Below, piece after piece: positions 21,603-46,440 of a DNA stretch of 64,000 nt (the first letter of the stretch is position 1; each line of letters starts with the position of its first letter). The notes beneath the pieces are model-generated. The model worked only from the letters and a program-made list of their open reading frames with translations, did not search any database and was not told the origin of the DNA. The stretch is from an uncultured Holophagales bacterium (lineage in GTDB: Bacteria; Acidobacteriota; Thermoanaerobaculia; Multivoradales; UBA5704): positions 448,001-512,000 of the forward strand of contig CAWJGT010000003.1 in NCBI GenBank assembly GCA_963842525.1, written 5' to 3'. Made by a program: the position numbers and the translations under genes.

Positions 21603-23888
21603 ATGCCACCCTTCCGTTCCGGGTCCTCCAGGCTGTGGCTCCGGGCCGCAGCGGCCCTGTTGGCGCTCCCCTGCACCCTGGCCGCAGCGGGGCTCCTCGC
21701 CGGGCTCGGGCGGGCCGACCAGGGCCCGGTCGCGGCCGGGTTCTCCAACCCTCCGGCACCGGCCTCGATGGCGGAGCAGGCCATGGGTGGGGAGCGCGGT
21801 CCCTTCTATCCCTCCGCCCTGAGTACCCGCGGCGGCGGCGTCCTGCCGGCGCAGGCAACTCCGCCACCCCAGGCCTGTGGCGGCTCCGGCTGCCATTCCG
21901 AGATCGTCGCCGCCTGGTCCTCGTCGGCCCATCGCTTCTCGGGCCTCGACAATCCGTGGTACCGGAAGACCTACGAAGAGATGAAGCGGCAGGCCGGCGC
22001 GGTCCCGGCGCGCTGGTGCAGCGGGTGTCACACCCCGGGGCTGCTCACCGCCGGCCTGGAGCAGCCGAACGAGGCCATGAGCGCAGCCGCCGCGGCTGTC
22101 TCCTGCACCGCGTGCCATCTGGTCTCGCGGGTCAATAGCTCGATGGGGCAGGCGGACTCCGAGCTCGAAGCCCCGCCGCCCGGCGCCCTGGCCGCGAGCC
22201 CGGACGGCAGGGAGTTGCTCGACCCCAGGCTGCACCGCCGGACGTATGGGAAGCCGCTGCTCGCGACGGCCGAGCTCTGCTCGACCTGTCACAAGGCCGC
22301 TGCCGACCGGCCGGTCAACGGCGGGCATTTTCTCAACGTGATGAACGACTACGACCCCTGGCAGGCGAACAGCAGCTCGGGCCAGGGGATCACGCAGTCG
22401 ATCCACTTCCCCGAGCCCAGGACCTGCGCCGACTGCCACATGCCCCTCATCCCGTCCAAGGATCCCGCGGCCCGCGGTGGACGGATCCACTCGCACCGTT
22501 TCGCCGCGGCCAATACCGGGCTGCCGGCGTTGCACGGCGACGCGGAGCAGTTGCGGCAGGTGATCGAGTACCTGAAGGCGGGCCAGGTCGGCGTCGACAT
22601 CTTTGCCATGGGCAAGGGACGGCCGCCCGGCGCGGGACCCGAATCGCGGGCGGAGCGGCTGGAGCACCTCTATGCTCCGCTGAACCGCCTGCGGGCCGCG
22701 GTGCGCCGAGGGGAGTCGACCCGCTTCGACGTGGTGCTGCGCACCCACGGCGTCGGCCACCTGTTCCCCGCCGGCAAGAATGTTTTCAAGGACTGCTGGG
22801 TCGAGCTCAAGGCCGTGGACAGCCGGGGCCGGACCGTCTTCTGGAGCGGCAAGGCGGACGAGAGCTGCGAGCTCGACCCTGGAGCTCACCGCGTGAGCAG
22901 CCTCTGGGTCGATGTGAACGGGCAGCCGGTCGAAGGCTACGAGGTCTGGAAAAGCCATGCTCGGATCTACACCCAGGCCGTCGAGCCGAATACGGGTTTC
23001 GTGGTGCGCTTCCGGGTCCCTGTGCCTGCCGACGCGGGCGACATGCTGACGCTCACCGCCCGCGTGCAGTACCGCAAGTTTCGCCTCGCGTTCACCCGCT
23101 GGGTGTTCGCCGGCGACGCCAGGGCGCCGCGCCTGCCCATCGTCACGATGGCCGAGGACTCCCTCACCCTGCCGGTCGTAGCGGCCGATGCCGAGCTGCC
23201 GGACATGAGCCGCGCCCAGGCCGAGCCCGAGACCACCGAAGCCGAGGCCGAGCGCTGGACCGACTATGGATACGGCCTCGCCGCCCGCGGGGACCTGCCG
23301 CTCTCGCGCAAGGTGCTCCAGAAGCTCGTCGCGCTCCGGCCCGCTGACCTCGAAGCTCGGACGACCCTGGGCAACATCGAATGGGCGCTGGGCGACCGCG
23401 GCCAGGCCAGGGCCACCTTCGATCGGGTGCTCGCGAGCCGGCCCGGCCACGCCCGCGCTCATTTCTATCTCGGCCTCCTGGAGCGCGACGAGTCCCGGTA
23501 CGACCATGCGCTCGAGCACCTGCGCGCCGCGGCTGCCGCCTTCCCGCACGAGGCCCTGATCTGGAAGGAGATCGGCCGTATCTCGTTCATGAGCGCGGAC
23601 TTCAAGGGAGCCGCCGAGGCCTTCGACAGGGCCCTTGCGATCGAGCCCCAGGACTCCGCGATCCACCTGATGATGTCGCAGGCGCAGCGCGCGTTGGGCA
23701 ACGCGGAGCGCTCACAGCGGCATCAACGGCTGTTCGAGCAGTACCGGCCGAGCTCCGAAGGGGGACGAGCGATCGGCGTCTATCTGGAGAAGGAGCCCCT
23801 CGCGGACGTCGAGCGCCGCCTGTTCCATGAGCATGGGTCCGTGCCGCTTGAAGGCACGGACCGGCCCGCGGCGGGTCACGGAGAATGA
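21603..23888 (+). CDS. Multiheme c-type cytochrome with C-terminal TPR repeats
   Basis: N-terminal hydrophobic signal; CGGSGCH, CSGCH, CTACH, CSTCH, CADCH; HSHRFAAAN and GVGHLFP motifs; C-terminal TPRs (AHFYLGLL, AAEAFDRALAIEP). Confidence 0.88.
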   Translation: MPPFRSGSSRLWLRAAAALLALPCTLAAAGLLAGLGRADQGPVAAGFSNPPAPASMAEQAMGGERGPFYPSALSTRGGGVLPAQATPPPQACGGSGCHSEIVAAWSSSAHRFSGLDNPWYRKTYEEMKRQAGAVPARWCSGCHTPGLLTAGLEQPNEAMSAAAAAVSCTACHLVSRVNSSMGQADSELEAPPPGALAASPDGRELLDPRLHRRTYGKPLLATAELCSTCHKAAADRPVNGGHFLNVMNDYDPWQANSSSGQGITQSIHFPEPRTCADCHMPLIPSKDPAARGGRIHSHRFAAANTGLPALHGDAEQLRQVIEYLKAGQVGVDIFAMGKGRPPGAGPESRAERLEHLYAPLNRLRAAVRRGESTRFDVVLRTHGVGHLFPAGKNVFKDCWVELKAVDSRGRTVFWSGKADESCELDPGAHRVSSLWVDVNGQPVEGYEVWKSHARIYTQAVEPNTGFVVRFRVPVPADAGDMLTLTARVQYRKFRLAFTRWVFAGDARAPRLPIVTMAEDSLTLPVVAADAELPDMSRAQAEPETTEAEAERWTDYGYGLAARGDLPLSRKVLQKLVALRPADLEARTTLGNIEWALGDRGQARATFDRVLASRPGHARAHFYLGLLERDESRYDHALEHLRAAAAAFPHEALIWKEIGRISFMSADFKGAAEAFDRALAIEPQDSAIHLMMSQAQRALGNAERSQRHQRLFEQYRPSSEGGRAIGVYLEKEPLADVERRLFHEHGSVPLEGTDRPAAGHGE

Positions 23889-23892
23889 TGCG

Positions 23893-25608
23893 ATGAACGT
23901 TGCCCTGAACACGATGAAACGCTCGGCCGCCCGGCTCTCCTCGCTGGGGCTGGCCGCCTGCATCGCGGCGTGCACTGCCGCTTCCCCCGAGGTGAAACCG
24001 GCTGCGGCGGTGCTCCCGGCACCGTCGTCTCCAGCGCCTCGCGAGACGGAGCCCCTGCGGTACGTCGACGTGACCGCCGAGAGCGGAGTCCACTGGGTCC
24101 ACAACCATGGCGGCTTCGGGCAGCGGTGGCTGCCCGAGACGATCGGCCCCGGTGTCATCGTGCTGGACGCCGACGTGGACGGCCGGCTCGACATCCTCCT
24201 CGTCAATGGCCGCAACTTCCCGGGCAAGCCCGGCGAGGCCACGACCTCGGCGCTCTTCCTGAACCAGGGCGGGCTCAAGTTCAAGGACGCGACGCGTGAG
24301 GCGGGGCTTGGCTTCAGCGCCTACTGCCTCGGAGGCGCCGCCGGCGACATCGACAACGACGGAGATGCGGACGTCTACCTCGCCTGCCTCGGGCAGGACC
24401 TGCTGCTGCGCAACGAGGGGGGCCGCTTCCTCGACATCGGCCGGCAGGCCGGCCTGTCGCAGGAGTATGCATTCGGCGCCGCAGCGGCTTTCTTCGATGC
24501 CGATCACGACGGCTTCCTCGACGTCTACGCCACCCGGTACGCCACCTGGACCCCCGAAACCGACATCTTCTGTGCCATCGACGGCAAGACCAAGGTCTAC
24601 TGCACCCCGGCGATCTACAACGGCGCTCCCCAGCGCTACTACCGCAACCGGGGCGACGGCACCTTCGAGGACCGGACCCGCGAGGCCGGCCTGTATGTCA
24701 CCGACGGCAAGATGCTGGGCGTCCTGCCCTTCGATGCCGATGGCGACGGCTGGACGGACCTGGCGGTGGCCGGCGACAACTCGCCGAACCTGCTCTACCG
24801 CAACCTCGGCAACGGCAGCTTCGAGGAGGTCGGGCTCGTCTCGGGGGTCGCGATGTCGTTGGATGGCGGCCTGCGCGGAGGCATGGGGATCGACGCCGCC
24901 GATTACAACCGAACCGGCCGCCCAAGCCTCGCAATCACCTATTTCGTCAACGACATGACCGGTCTGTACCGGAACGAGGGCAACACGTTTTTCCTGGACG
25001 TCGGGCCGAGCTCGGAAGTGGGACGCAAGACCTACGCCACGGTGGGCTGGGGGTGTTTTTTCTTCGACTACGATCTGGACGGCTGGCTCGACTTCCTGGT
25101 GGCCAACGGGCATCTCGACGCCGACCGGCCCTCCCCGTATGCCCAGCCGCAGCAGCTCTTCCACAATCAAGGCCAGGGCAACTTCGTCGAGGTCACCGGC
25201 ACAACGGGCGGCGACCTGGCGCAGCCGATGGTGGGGCGGGGCGCGGCCTATGCCGACTTCGACGAGGACGGAGACCTGGACCTCGTGCTGACCGCGAACG
25301 GCGGGCCGGCGAAAGTCTTCGAGAACCGCGGCGCGGGGCACGGCAACTGGCTGCGGATCGGGCTCCAAGGGACGACCAGCAACCGCGACGGCCTCGGCGC
25401 CGAGGTCAAGATCACCGTGGGCGGCGCAACGCAGATCCAGTACGTCCACAGCGGCGGCAGCTACCTCTCGCAATCGCAGATCGACCCGACGTTCGGACTG
25501 GGGTCTGCCACGACGGTTGACGAAGTCGTCGTCCGCTGGCCTTCGGGCTCGATACAGAGGCTGACGGGCGTCAAGGCCAACCAGAGCATCAAGATCCGGG
25601 AGCCATAA
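23893..25608 (+). CDS. FG-GAP/VCBS repeat, ASPIC/UnbV (CRTAC1-like) protein, possible lipoprotein
   Basis: Repeated DxDxDGxLD Ca-binding motifs, GRGAAYADFDEDGDLD, SNRDGLGA, GGSYLSQS..FGLG, VRWPSG; possible lipobox IAAC. Start 23893 or 23914. Confidence 0.9.
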   Translation: MNVALNTMKRSAARLSSLGLAACIAACTAASPEVKPAAAVLPAPSSPAPRETEPLRYVDVTAESGVHWVHNHGGFGQRWLPETIGPGVIVLDADVDGRLDILLVNGRNFPGKPGEATTSALFLNQGGLKFKDATREAGLGFSAYCLGGAAGDIDNDGDADVYLACLGQDLLLRNEGGRFLDIGRQAGLSQEYAFGAAAAFFDADHDGFLDVYATRYATWTPETDIFCAIDGKTKVYCTPAIYNGAPQRYYRNRGDGTFEDRTREAGLYVTDGKMLGVLPFDADGDGWTDLAVAGDNSPNLLYRNLGNGSFEEVGLVSGVAMSLDGGLRGGMGIDAADYNRTGRPSLAITYFVNDMTGLYRNEGNTFFLDVGPSSEVGRKTYATVGWGCFFFDYDLDGWLDFLVANGHLDADRPSPYAQPQQLFHNQGQGNFVEVTGTTGGDLAQPMVGRGAAYADFDEDGDLDLVLTANGGPAKVFENRGAGHGNWLRIGLQGTTSNRDGLGAEVKITVGGATQIQYVHSGGSYLSQSQIDPTFGLGSATTVDEVVVRWPSGSIQRLTGVKANQSIKIREP

Positions 25609-25650
25609 GGGCCCGTCACGAAATAAGCAGAGTCGCCGCAGTTCCAACGC

Positions 25651-26107
25651 CGCGGAACGGACAGTCGCTACCGGTTCCGGCGCAACCCGCTCCGGCAAAC
25701 GGACAGTGCCGAGCAAAAGTCGGACAGTCCACGCCGGCAAACGGACAGTCCACGCCGCGGAACGGACAGTCTGTTCCATGGAACGGACAGTCCACTCCGA
25801 CCAATGGACAGTCCATGCCGCGGAACGGACAGTCTGTTCGGCGGAACGGGCAATCTGTTCCGCGGAACGGACAGTCTGTTTCGTCAGTCGGACAGTCCGC
25901 TCCGGCCAACGGACAGTCCGTTCCGGTCCAGTGACTGCCCGTTCCACGGAACAGACTGTCCGACTCGTGGCGCAAACTGTCCGTTCCGGTCTGGTGCACA
26001 GCCCGAAACCGGCGTGATCTGTCCATTTCGGAGCCGTGGACAGCGCCAGACCCGAGCTGACTGTCCGTTTGGGCTTGGTGGACAGTTAGAGGCGGGTCCG
26101 ACCGTCC
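25651..26107. repeat. Degenerate 21-bp tandem repeat array (core CGGACAGT) that flips orientation near 25925
   Basis: GGACAGT-type cores at 25659, 25701, 25722, 25743, 25764, 25785, 25806, 25827, 25848 (variant), 25869, 25890, 25911; reverse-complement cores at about 25934, 25955, 25976, 26018, 26060. Confidence 0.9.
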
Positions 26108-26108
26108 G

Positions 26109-26138
26109 CTGGCATTTTCTGCGCCGGGTATCTAGAAT
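26109..26138 (+). promoter_or_regulatory. Putative sigma70 promoter of the second NRPS locus
   Basis: CTGGCA (26109-26114), 18-nt spacer, TAGAAT (26133-26138); lies directly after the repeat array. Confidence 0.4.
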
Positions 26139-26143
26139 CGGGG

Positions 26144-26337
26144 TTGCCAAACCTCTGGCCGAACCAATACACCAACGAGAGGAACGTCCTCGCGCACTAC
26201 GAAGGAACCACGCGCGAGATCGCGGCGCTCGACCGGCGGTTGGCCTTCCTGATGGAGCTCCGGGGAGGAGACGACCTGCTGTTGCAACGATGGATCGATG
26301 AGGGCGCCGCGGTTGTGGCATCCGAAGGAGGTATGGC

Positions 26338-26341
<4 letters not shown>
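26144..26341 (+). CDS. Small hypothetical protein translationally coupled to the NRPS
   Basis: 65-aa ORF (TTG start); its TGA overlaps the NRPS ATG (ATGA); contains QRWIDEG; normal amino-acid composition unlike the shadow ORFs. Confidence 0.4.
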
Positions 26342-40857
<14,516 letters not shown>

Positions 40858-43581
40858 TCGTCACCCGCGACCGGCTGGCCGCGGCGCTGCCGCCGCATGG
40901 CGCTCATGTGCTGTCTCTCGATAGCGGCTGGCCCGAGCAGGAGAACGGGAGAGACCTCCCCACGGTCGGCCCCGACCACCTGTCCTACGTCATCTACACC
41001 TCCGGCTCGACGGGCCGGCCCAAGGGGGTCGCCCTGCCACACCGCACGCTGGCCAACCTGATCGCCTGGCAGATCGGCGCCTCGGCGGCTCCGGCCGGCA
41101 GGACCTTGCAGTTTGCCTCGCCGAGTTTCGATGTATCGGTCCAGGAGGTCTTTGCGACCTGGGCCGCGGGTGCCACCCTGGTGCTGGTGCCCGAGGAGGT
41201 CCGCAGCGATGCCGAGGCCCTGCTGCTCTGCCTGCGTGAGGCCCGCGTCGAGCGCCTGTTCCTGCCCTTCGTCGCCCTCCAGCAGCTCGCCGAAGCGGCA
41301 GTCGGGGAGGATAAAGGGCTGTCGCTGCGGGAGGTCGTCACAGCGGGCGAGCAGCTCCAGATCACCTCCGAGGTGCGGGCGCTGTTTTCGCGTCTGCCCG
41401 GCTGCGTGCTGCGCAACCAGTACGGGCCCTCCGAGACCCATGTGGTCACCGAGGCCTCGCTGTGGCCGGGCGCAGTGGAGGAGTGGCCAGCCCTGCCGCC
41501 CATAGGCCGGCCGATCGTCGCCACTGCGGTTCACCTGCTGGACCCGCGTGGCGCGCCGGTGCCGGTCGGCGTGCCAGGGGAGGTCCACCTCGGCGGCGCC
41601 GGTCTGGCGCGCGGCTACCTGGGGCGGCCGGAGCTGACCGCGGAGCGGTTCGTGCCCGATCTCTGGGGCCGGGGCGCCCGGCTGTATCGCACCGGGGATC
41701 TGGCGCGTCGGAGCTCGGACGGCGAGATCGAATTCCTCGGCCGCATCGACCACCAGGTCAAAATCCGTGGCTTCCGCGTCGAGCTGGGTGAGATCGAGGC
41801 CGCGCTGGCGACGCATCCGGCGGTGCGCGAGGCCGTGGTCGTGGCCCGGGGGCAAGGAGCTGCCAAACGCCTGGTGGCCTGCGTGCTGCCGGCGGAGGGT
41901 GTGCAGGAGCTGCGCGAGCCGCTGCGGGCGCACCTGCGGGAGCGACTGCCGGACTACATGGTGCCGGCGGCCTTCGTATCGGTGGAGCGGTTCCCGCTGA
42001 CGCCGAGCGGCAAGGTGGATCGGCGGCACCTGGCCTTGAGCGGTCCGGAGCCGCAGGAGACGACCGGCGCCGATGCAGCCCCGCGCACACCGGTGGAGGA
42101 GGTGCTGGCCGGCATCTTTGCCGAGGTGCTGGGTCTCTCATTCGTCGGAGCACGGGACGGCTTTTTCGACCTCGGTGGTCACTCGCTGCTGGCCACGCGC
42201 GTCATCTCCCGGGTACGCACCGCGTTCGGTGTCGAGCTGCCATTGCGTGCCCTGTTCGAGTCGCCGACCGTGGAGGGTCTTGCTCAGACTGTGGAGGCGG
42301 CCCTGCGGTCCGGGATGGCTCCGGTGCCGCCCATCGTACCGGTTGGGCGCGAGGTCGACCTGCCTCTGTCCTTCTCCCAGGAGCGGCTCTGGTTCCTGGA
42401 AGAGCTGGCCCCAGGGACCGGCGCCTACCACATCCCCCTCTTCCTGCGCCTGTCGGGACGGCTGGACCCGGGGAGGATGGAGGAGAGCCTGGGAGAGGTC
42501 GTCCGGCGCCACGAGGCGCTGCGGACCGCCTTCCCGAGCCGCGGCGGGAGGCCGGTCCAATCGGTCACCTCCTGGCCGGGCCCGCGCCTGTCGAGCGTCG
42601 ACCTCTCCAGCCTGGCCACTGTGCCGCGCCTGGCCACGGCGGCGCGCCTCGCCCGGGAGGAGGCGGTACGTCCCTTCGACCTGGAGCAGGGGCCGCTCCT
42701 GCGCGCGACTCTGCTGCGCCTGGGCCACGAGGAGCACGACCTGCTCGTGACCGTCCATCACATCGTCGCTGACGGCTGGTCTCTCGGCGTCCTGGGACGG
42801 GAGCTGTCGACTCTCTACGCCGCGGCCTGCACCGGGGGATCCACCTCGCCCCTGCCGCCGCTGCCGGTGCAGTACCCTGACTATTCTGTCTGGCAGCGGC
42901 AGTGGCTCGCTGGCGAGGTCCTGGAAGCCCAGCTCGACTGGTGGCGGGAGCAGTTGACCGGAGCGCCCGCTACGCTCGACCTGCCGACGGACCGGCCGCG
43001 GCCACCTGTCCCGAGCTTCCGCGGCGCGGTGGAGCCGTTCGCGCTGCCGGAGGATCTGGCCCGCGGTCTGCGAGCCCTGGCGCGCGGCGAGGGAGCCACC
43101 CTGTTCATGGTCCTTCTTACCGGGTTCGCCTCCCTGCTGCACCGCTACAGCGGCCAGGACGACGTGGTGATCGGCTCTCCACTGGCCAACCGGGGACGCC
43201 GGGAGATCGAGGGGTTGATCGGTCTCTTCCTGAACACGCTTCCGCTACGTATCCGTCTGCACGGTGAGCCATCCTTGCGTGAGCTCCTGGGCCGGGTGCG
43301 GGAGATGGCGTTGGAGGTCTATGCGCGCCAGGAGGCGCCCTTCGAGAAGCTGGTCGAGGCCCTGGTGCCCGGGCGCGATCTTTCCCGCAGCCCGGTGTTT
43401 CAGGTGATGCTCGTCCTGCAGGAGCCGGGCGAGGGGCTCCGTCTGCCGGGCTTGGAGCTGCACGTCTCTGGCTCCGCACGGCGGCACCGCCAAGCTCGAC
43501 CTGCTCCTCGGTCTCCGCGAGACTGGTCCTGCGATCACAGGCGCCGCCGAGTGGAGCACTGACCTGTTCGAAGCCTCTACG

Positions 43582-46440
43582 GTGCACCATCTGCTGGGCC
43601 ACCTGCGTATGCTGCTTGAGGAGGCGGTCGCCGATCCGGCGAGGCGGGTCTCCGAGCTGCCTCTGCTCTCGGCCGATGAGCGCCGGCAGATTCTCGTCGA
43701 GTGGAACGCCACGGCCGCTCCCTTCCCGCGCGAGCTGGGGCTGCACGAGCTGTTCGCGGCTCAGGCGGCGCGCACACCGGCGGCGATCGCGCTGGTCTGG
43801 GGCAGCGAGCGGCTGAGCTATCGCGAGCTCGACCTGCGGGCCGCGCGGCTCGCTCGGAAGCTGCTTCGTCTGGGCGTCGGGCCCGAGGTGTTGGTGGGGG
43901 TCTGCTCCGACCGGACGCCGGCTCTGGTGATCGCCCTGCTCGCGGTCCTCAAGGCCGGGGGTGCCTATCTGCCGCTCGATCCGGCCTACCCACGCGAGCG
44001 CCTGGCCTTCCTGCTCGCCGACTCCGGGACAACGGTCCTGCTCACCCGGGAGCACCTTCTCTCCGTGTTACCCGCCTATGGTGGCGAGGTGGTGCTGCTG
44101 GACGGAATCGACGAGGCGGAGACGCCCGAGCTGCTCCGCCGCGATCACGATCCCGAGCAGCTTGCCTACCTCATCTATACCTCGGGATCGACCGGGCTTC
44201 CGAAGGGGGTCGCGGTCCGTCATGCGAGCGCGGTGGCCCTGGTTGCCTGGGCTGCGGAGGCCTATGCGCCGGAAGAGCTCTCGGGCGTGCTCGGCGCGAC
44301 CTCCATCTGTTTCGACCTGTCGGTCTTCGAGATCTTCGTCCCGCTCTCCACCGGCGGTGCGGTGATCCTCGCCGACGACGTTCTGGCTCTGGCCGGATGG
44401 CCCGCCGCGGGAGAGGTGACCCTGGTCAACACCGTCCCCTCGGCCATGGCCGAGCTGGTGGGGGCCGGAGCCCTCCCGTCCTCGGTGCGGACGGTGAACC
44501 TGGCCGGAGAGCCGCTGCCGCGCGACCTGGCCGACCGGATTTACGAGCTGCCCTGGGTGCGCAGCGTCCACGACCTCTACGGCCCCTCCGAGGACACGAC
44601 CTACTCGACCGGCACGCTGGTGCCGCGGCACGCGGGCGCACCTTCCACCATCGGGCGGCCTCTCGCCAATACCCGGGTCTACCTGCTCGACGCTCGGCTC
44701 CAACCGATGCCAGTCCGGGTCCCCGGTGAGCTGTGGATCGGCGGCGCGGGGCTGGCCCGCGGATACCTGGGCCGTCCGGAGCTGACGGCGGACCGGTTCC
44801 GGCCCGATCTGTTCTCCGGCGAGCCGGGCGGGCGCCTCTACCGCACGGGCGACCTGGCGCGCTACCGAAGGGACGGCGAAATCGAGTTTCTGGGCCGGAT
44901 CGACCACCAGGTCAAGGTGCGCGGCTTCCGCATCGAGCTTGGTGAGATCGAGGCGGCCCTGACCGGGCACCCCGGCGTGCGTGAGGCCGCGGTGGTGGCC
45001 CGGGGCGAGGGAGCGGAGCGGCGCCTGGTGGCCCTTGTCGTGCCGGCGGACGCGGAGAGCGATCCGCGCGGCGCCTTGCGCGCCTACCTGCGCAGCCGTC
45101 TGCCCGAGCCGATGGTCCCGCAGACCTTCGTCCTGCTGCCGGCACTCCCCCTGACGCCAAACGGCAAAGTGGACCGCCGGGCCCTGGCCCAGAGCCCCGT
45201 GCCGGAGGAGGAGCGGAGCACCGCCGGAGAGGCGCCCCGTACGCCGGTGGAGGAGGTGCTGGCGGGGATCTGGGCCGAGGCGCTGGGCCGCACCGGCGTA
45301 GGCCTCCATGAAGGCTTCTTCGACCTCGGCGGGCATTCGCTGCTCGCCACGCGGGTCCTCTCGCGCATCCGGGAGGTCTTCCAGGTCGAGCTGCCGCTAC
45401 GCGCCCTGTTCGAAGCGCCGACAGTGGCGGGGCTGGCGCGGGCGGTCGAGGAAGCGGCGCGGGCCGGCGTTCTTGCAGCGCCGCCGATCGTCCGGGTGCC
45501 ACGCACCGCAGACCTGCCGCTCTCCTTCGCTCAGCAGCGACTCTGGTTCCTCTCGCGGCTCGAGCCGGAGAGCGCGGCCTACAACATTCCCGTCGCCGTG
45601 CGGCTGACCGGCTCGCTCGACCGGGTCGCGCTGGCCGCCTCCCTGGGCAGGATCGTGGCGCGGCACGAGGCCTTGCGCACCACCTTCGCCACCGTGGCCG
45701 GCAGCCCGGTGCAGCGGATCGCCCCGGCCGGAGGCCCCATGGCGCTGCCGCTGGTCAACCTGGGGGAGCTGCCGCGCCCTGAGGACGAGGCGCGCCGCCT
45801 GGCCGCGGAGGAGGCGCTGCGTCCCTTCGACCTGGAGCACGGTCCGCTGTTGCGCGGAGCTTCTGCTGCGGCTGGGCGCGGAGGAGCACGCCGCGCTTCT
45901 TTCCATGCACCACATCGTCTCGGACGGCTGGTCGAGCAGCGTGCTGATCCGCGAGCTGGGAGCCCTCTATCCGGCGATGTCCGTAGGCGGGGCCGGGCAG
46001 CCGTCCCCGCTGCCCGAGCTGCCGGTCCAGTACGCCGACTTCGCGGTCTGGCAGCGCGGCTGGCTGCAGGGCGAAGCCCTGGAGAGCCGCCTGCGGTACT
46101 GGCGGGAGCGCCTGGCGGGGGCTCCGCCTGTCCTGGAGTTGCCGGCCGACCGGCCGCGACCCGCCGTGGCCGGCGTGCGCGGCGGGCTGTGCCGGCGCGA
46201 GTTGGGCGCGGACCTGACGGCCCGTCTTCAGGCGTTCGGCCGCCGGCAGGGGACGACCCTGTTCATGACACTCCTCGCCGCCTTCAAGGCCCTGCTCGGC
46301 CGCTCCACGAGGCAGGAGGACCTGCTCGTCGGTACGCCGGTCGCGAACCGCAACCGGGCGGAGGTCGAGGATCTGATCGGGTTCTTCGTCAACACCCTCG
46401 TCCTGCGCACCGACCTCTCGGGAGATCCGACGTTCCTTGA
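43582..46440 (+). CDS. Giant NRPS segment 3: end of C6-A(Ala)-T-start of C7
   Basis: The NRPS reading in this frame begins at about 43462 (GGTAKLDL). Pocket DLFNNALTY (Ala code); GGHSLL; frame lost at about 45861. Confidence 0.88.
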   Translation: MHHLLGHLRMLLEEAVADPARRVSELPLLSADERRQILVEWNATAAPFPRELGLHELFAAQAARTPAAIALVWGSERLSYRELDLRAARLARKLLRLGVGPEVLVGVCSDRTPALVIALLAVLKAGGAYLPLDPAYPRERLAFLLADSGTTVLLTREHLLSVLPAYGGEVVLLDGIDEAETPELLRRDHDPEQLAYLIYTSGSTGLPKGVAVRHASAVALVAWAAEAYAPEELSGVLGATSICFDLSVFEIFVPLSTGGAVILADDVLALAGWPAAGEVTLVNTVPSAMAELVGAGALPSSVRTVNLAGEPLPRDLADRIYELPWVRSVHDLYGPSEDTTYSTGTLVPRHAGAPSTIGRPLANTRVYLLDARLQPMPVRVPGELWIGGAGLARGYLGRPELTADRFRPDLFSGEPGGRLYRTGDLARYRRDGEIEFLGRIDHQVKVRGFRIELGEIEAALTGHPGVREAAVVARGEGAERRLVALVVPADAESDPRGALRAYLRSRLPEPMVPQTFVLLPALPLTPNGKVDRRALAQSPVPEEERSTAGEAPRTPVEEVLAGIWAEALGRTGVGLHEGFFDLGGHSLLATRVLSRIREVFQVELPLRALFEAPTVAGLARAVEEAARAGVLAAPPIVRVPRTADLPLSFAQQRLWFLSRLEPESAAYNIPVAVRLTGSLDRVALAASLGRIVARHEALRTTFATVAGSPVQRIAPAGGPMALPLVNLGELPRPEDEARRLAAEEALRPFDLEHGPLLRGASAAAGRGGARRASFHAPHRLGRLVEQRADPRAGSPLSGDVRRRGRAAVPAARAAGPVRRLRGLAARLAAGRSPGEPPAVLAGAPGGGSACPGVAGRPAATRRGRRARRAVPARVGRGPDGPSSGVRPPAGDDPVHDTPRRLQGPARPLHEAGGPARRYAGREPQPGGGRGSDRVLRQHPRPAHRPLGRSDVP

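Noticed and set aside
25651-26107. CRISPR array
   Set aside because: The 21-bp period is too short, the linkers are related rather than unique spacers, and there are no cas genes.
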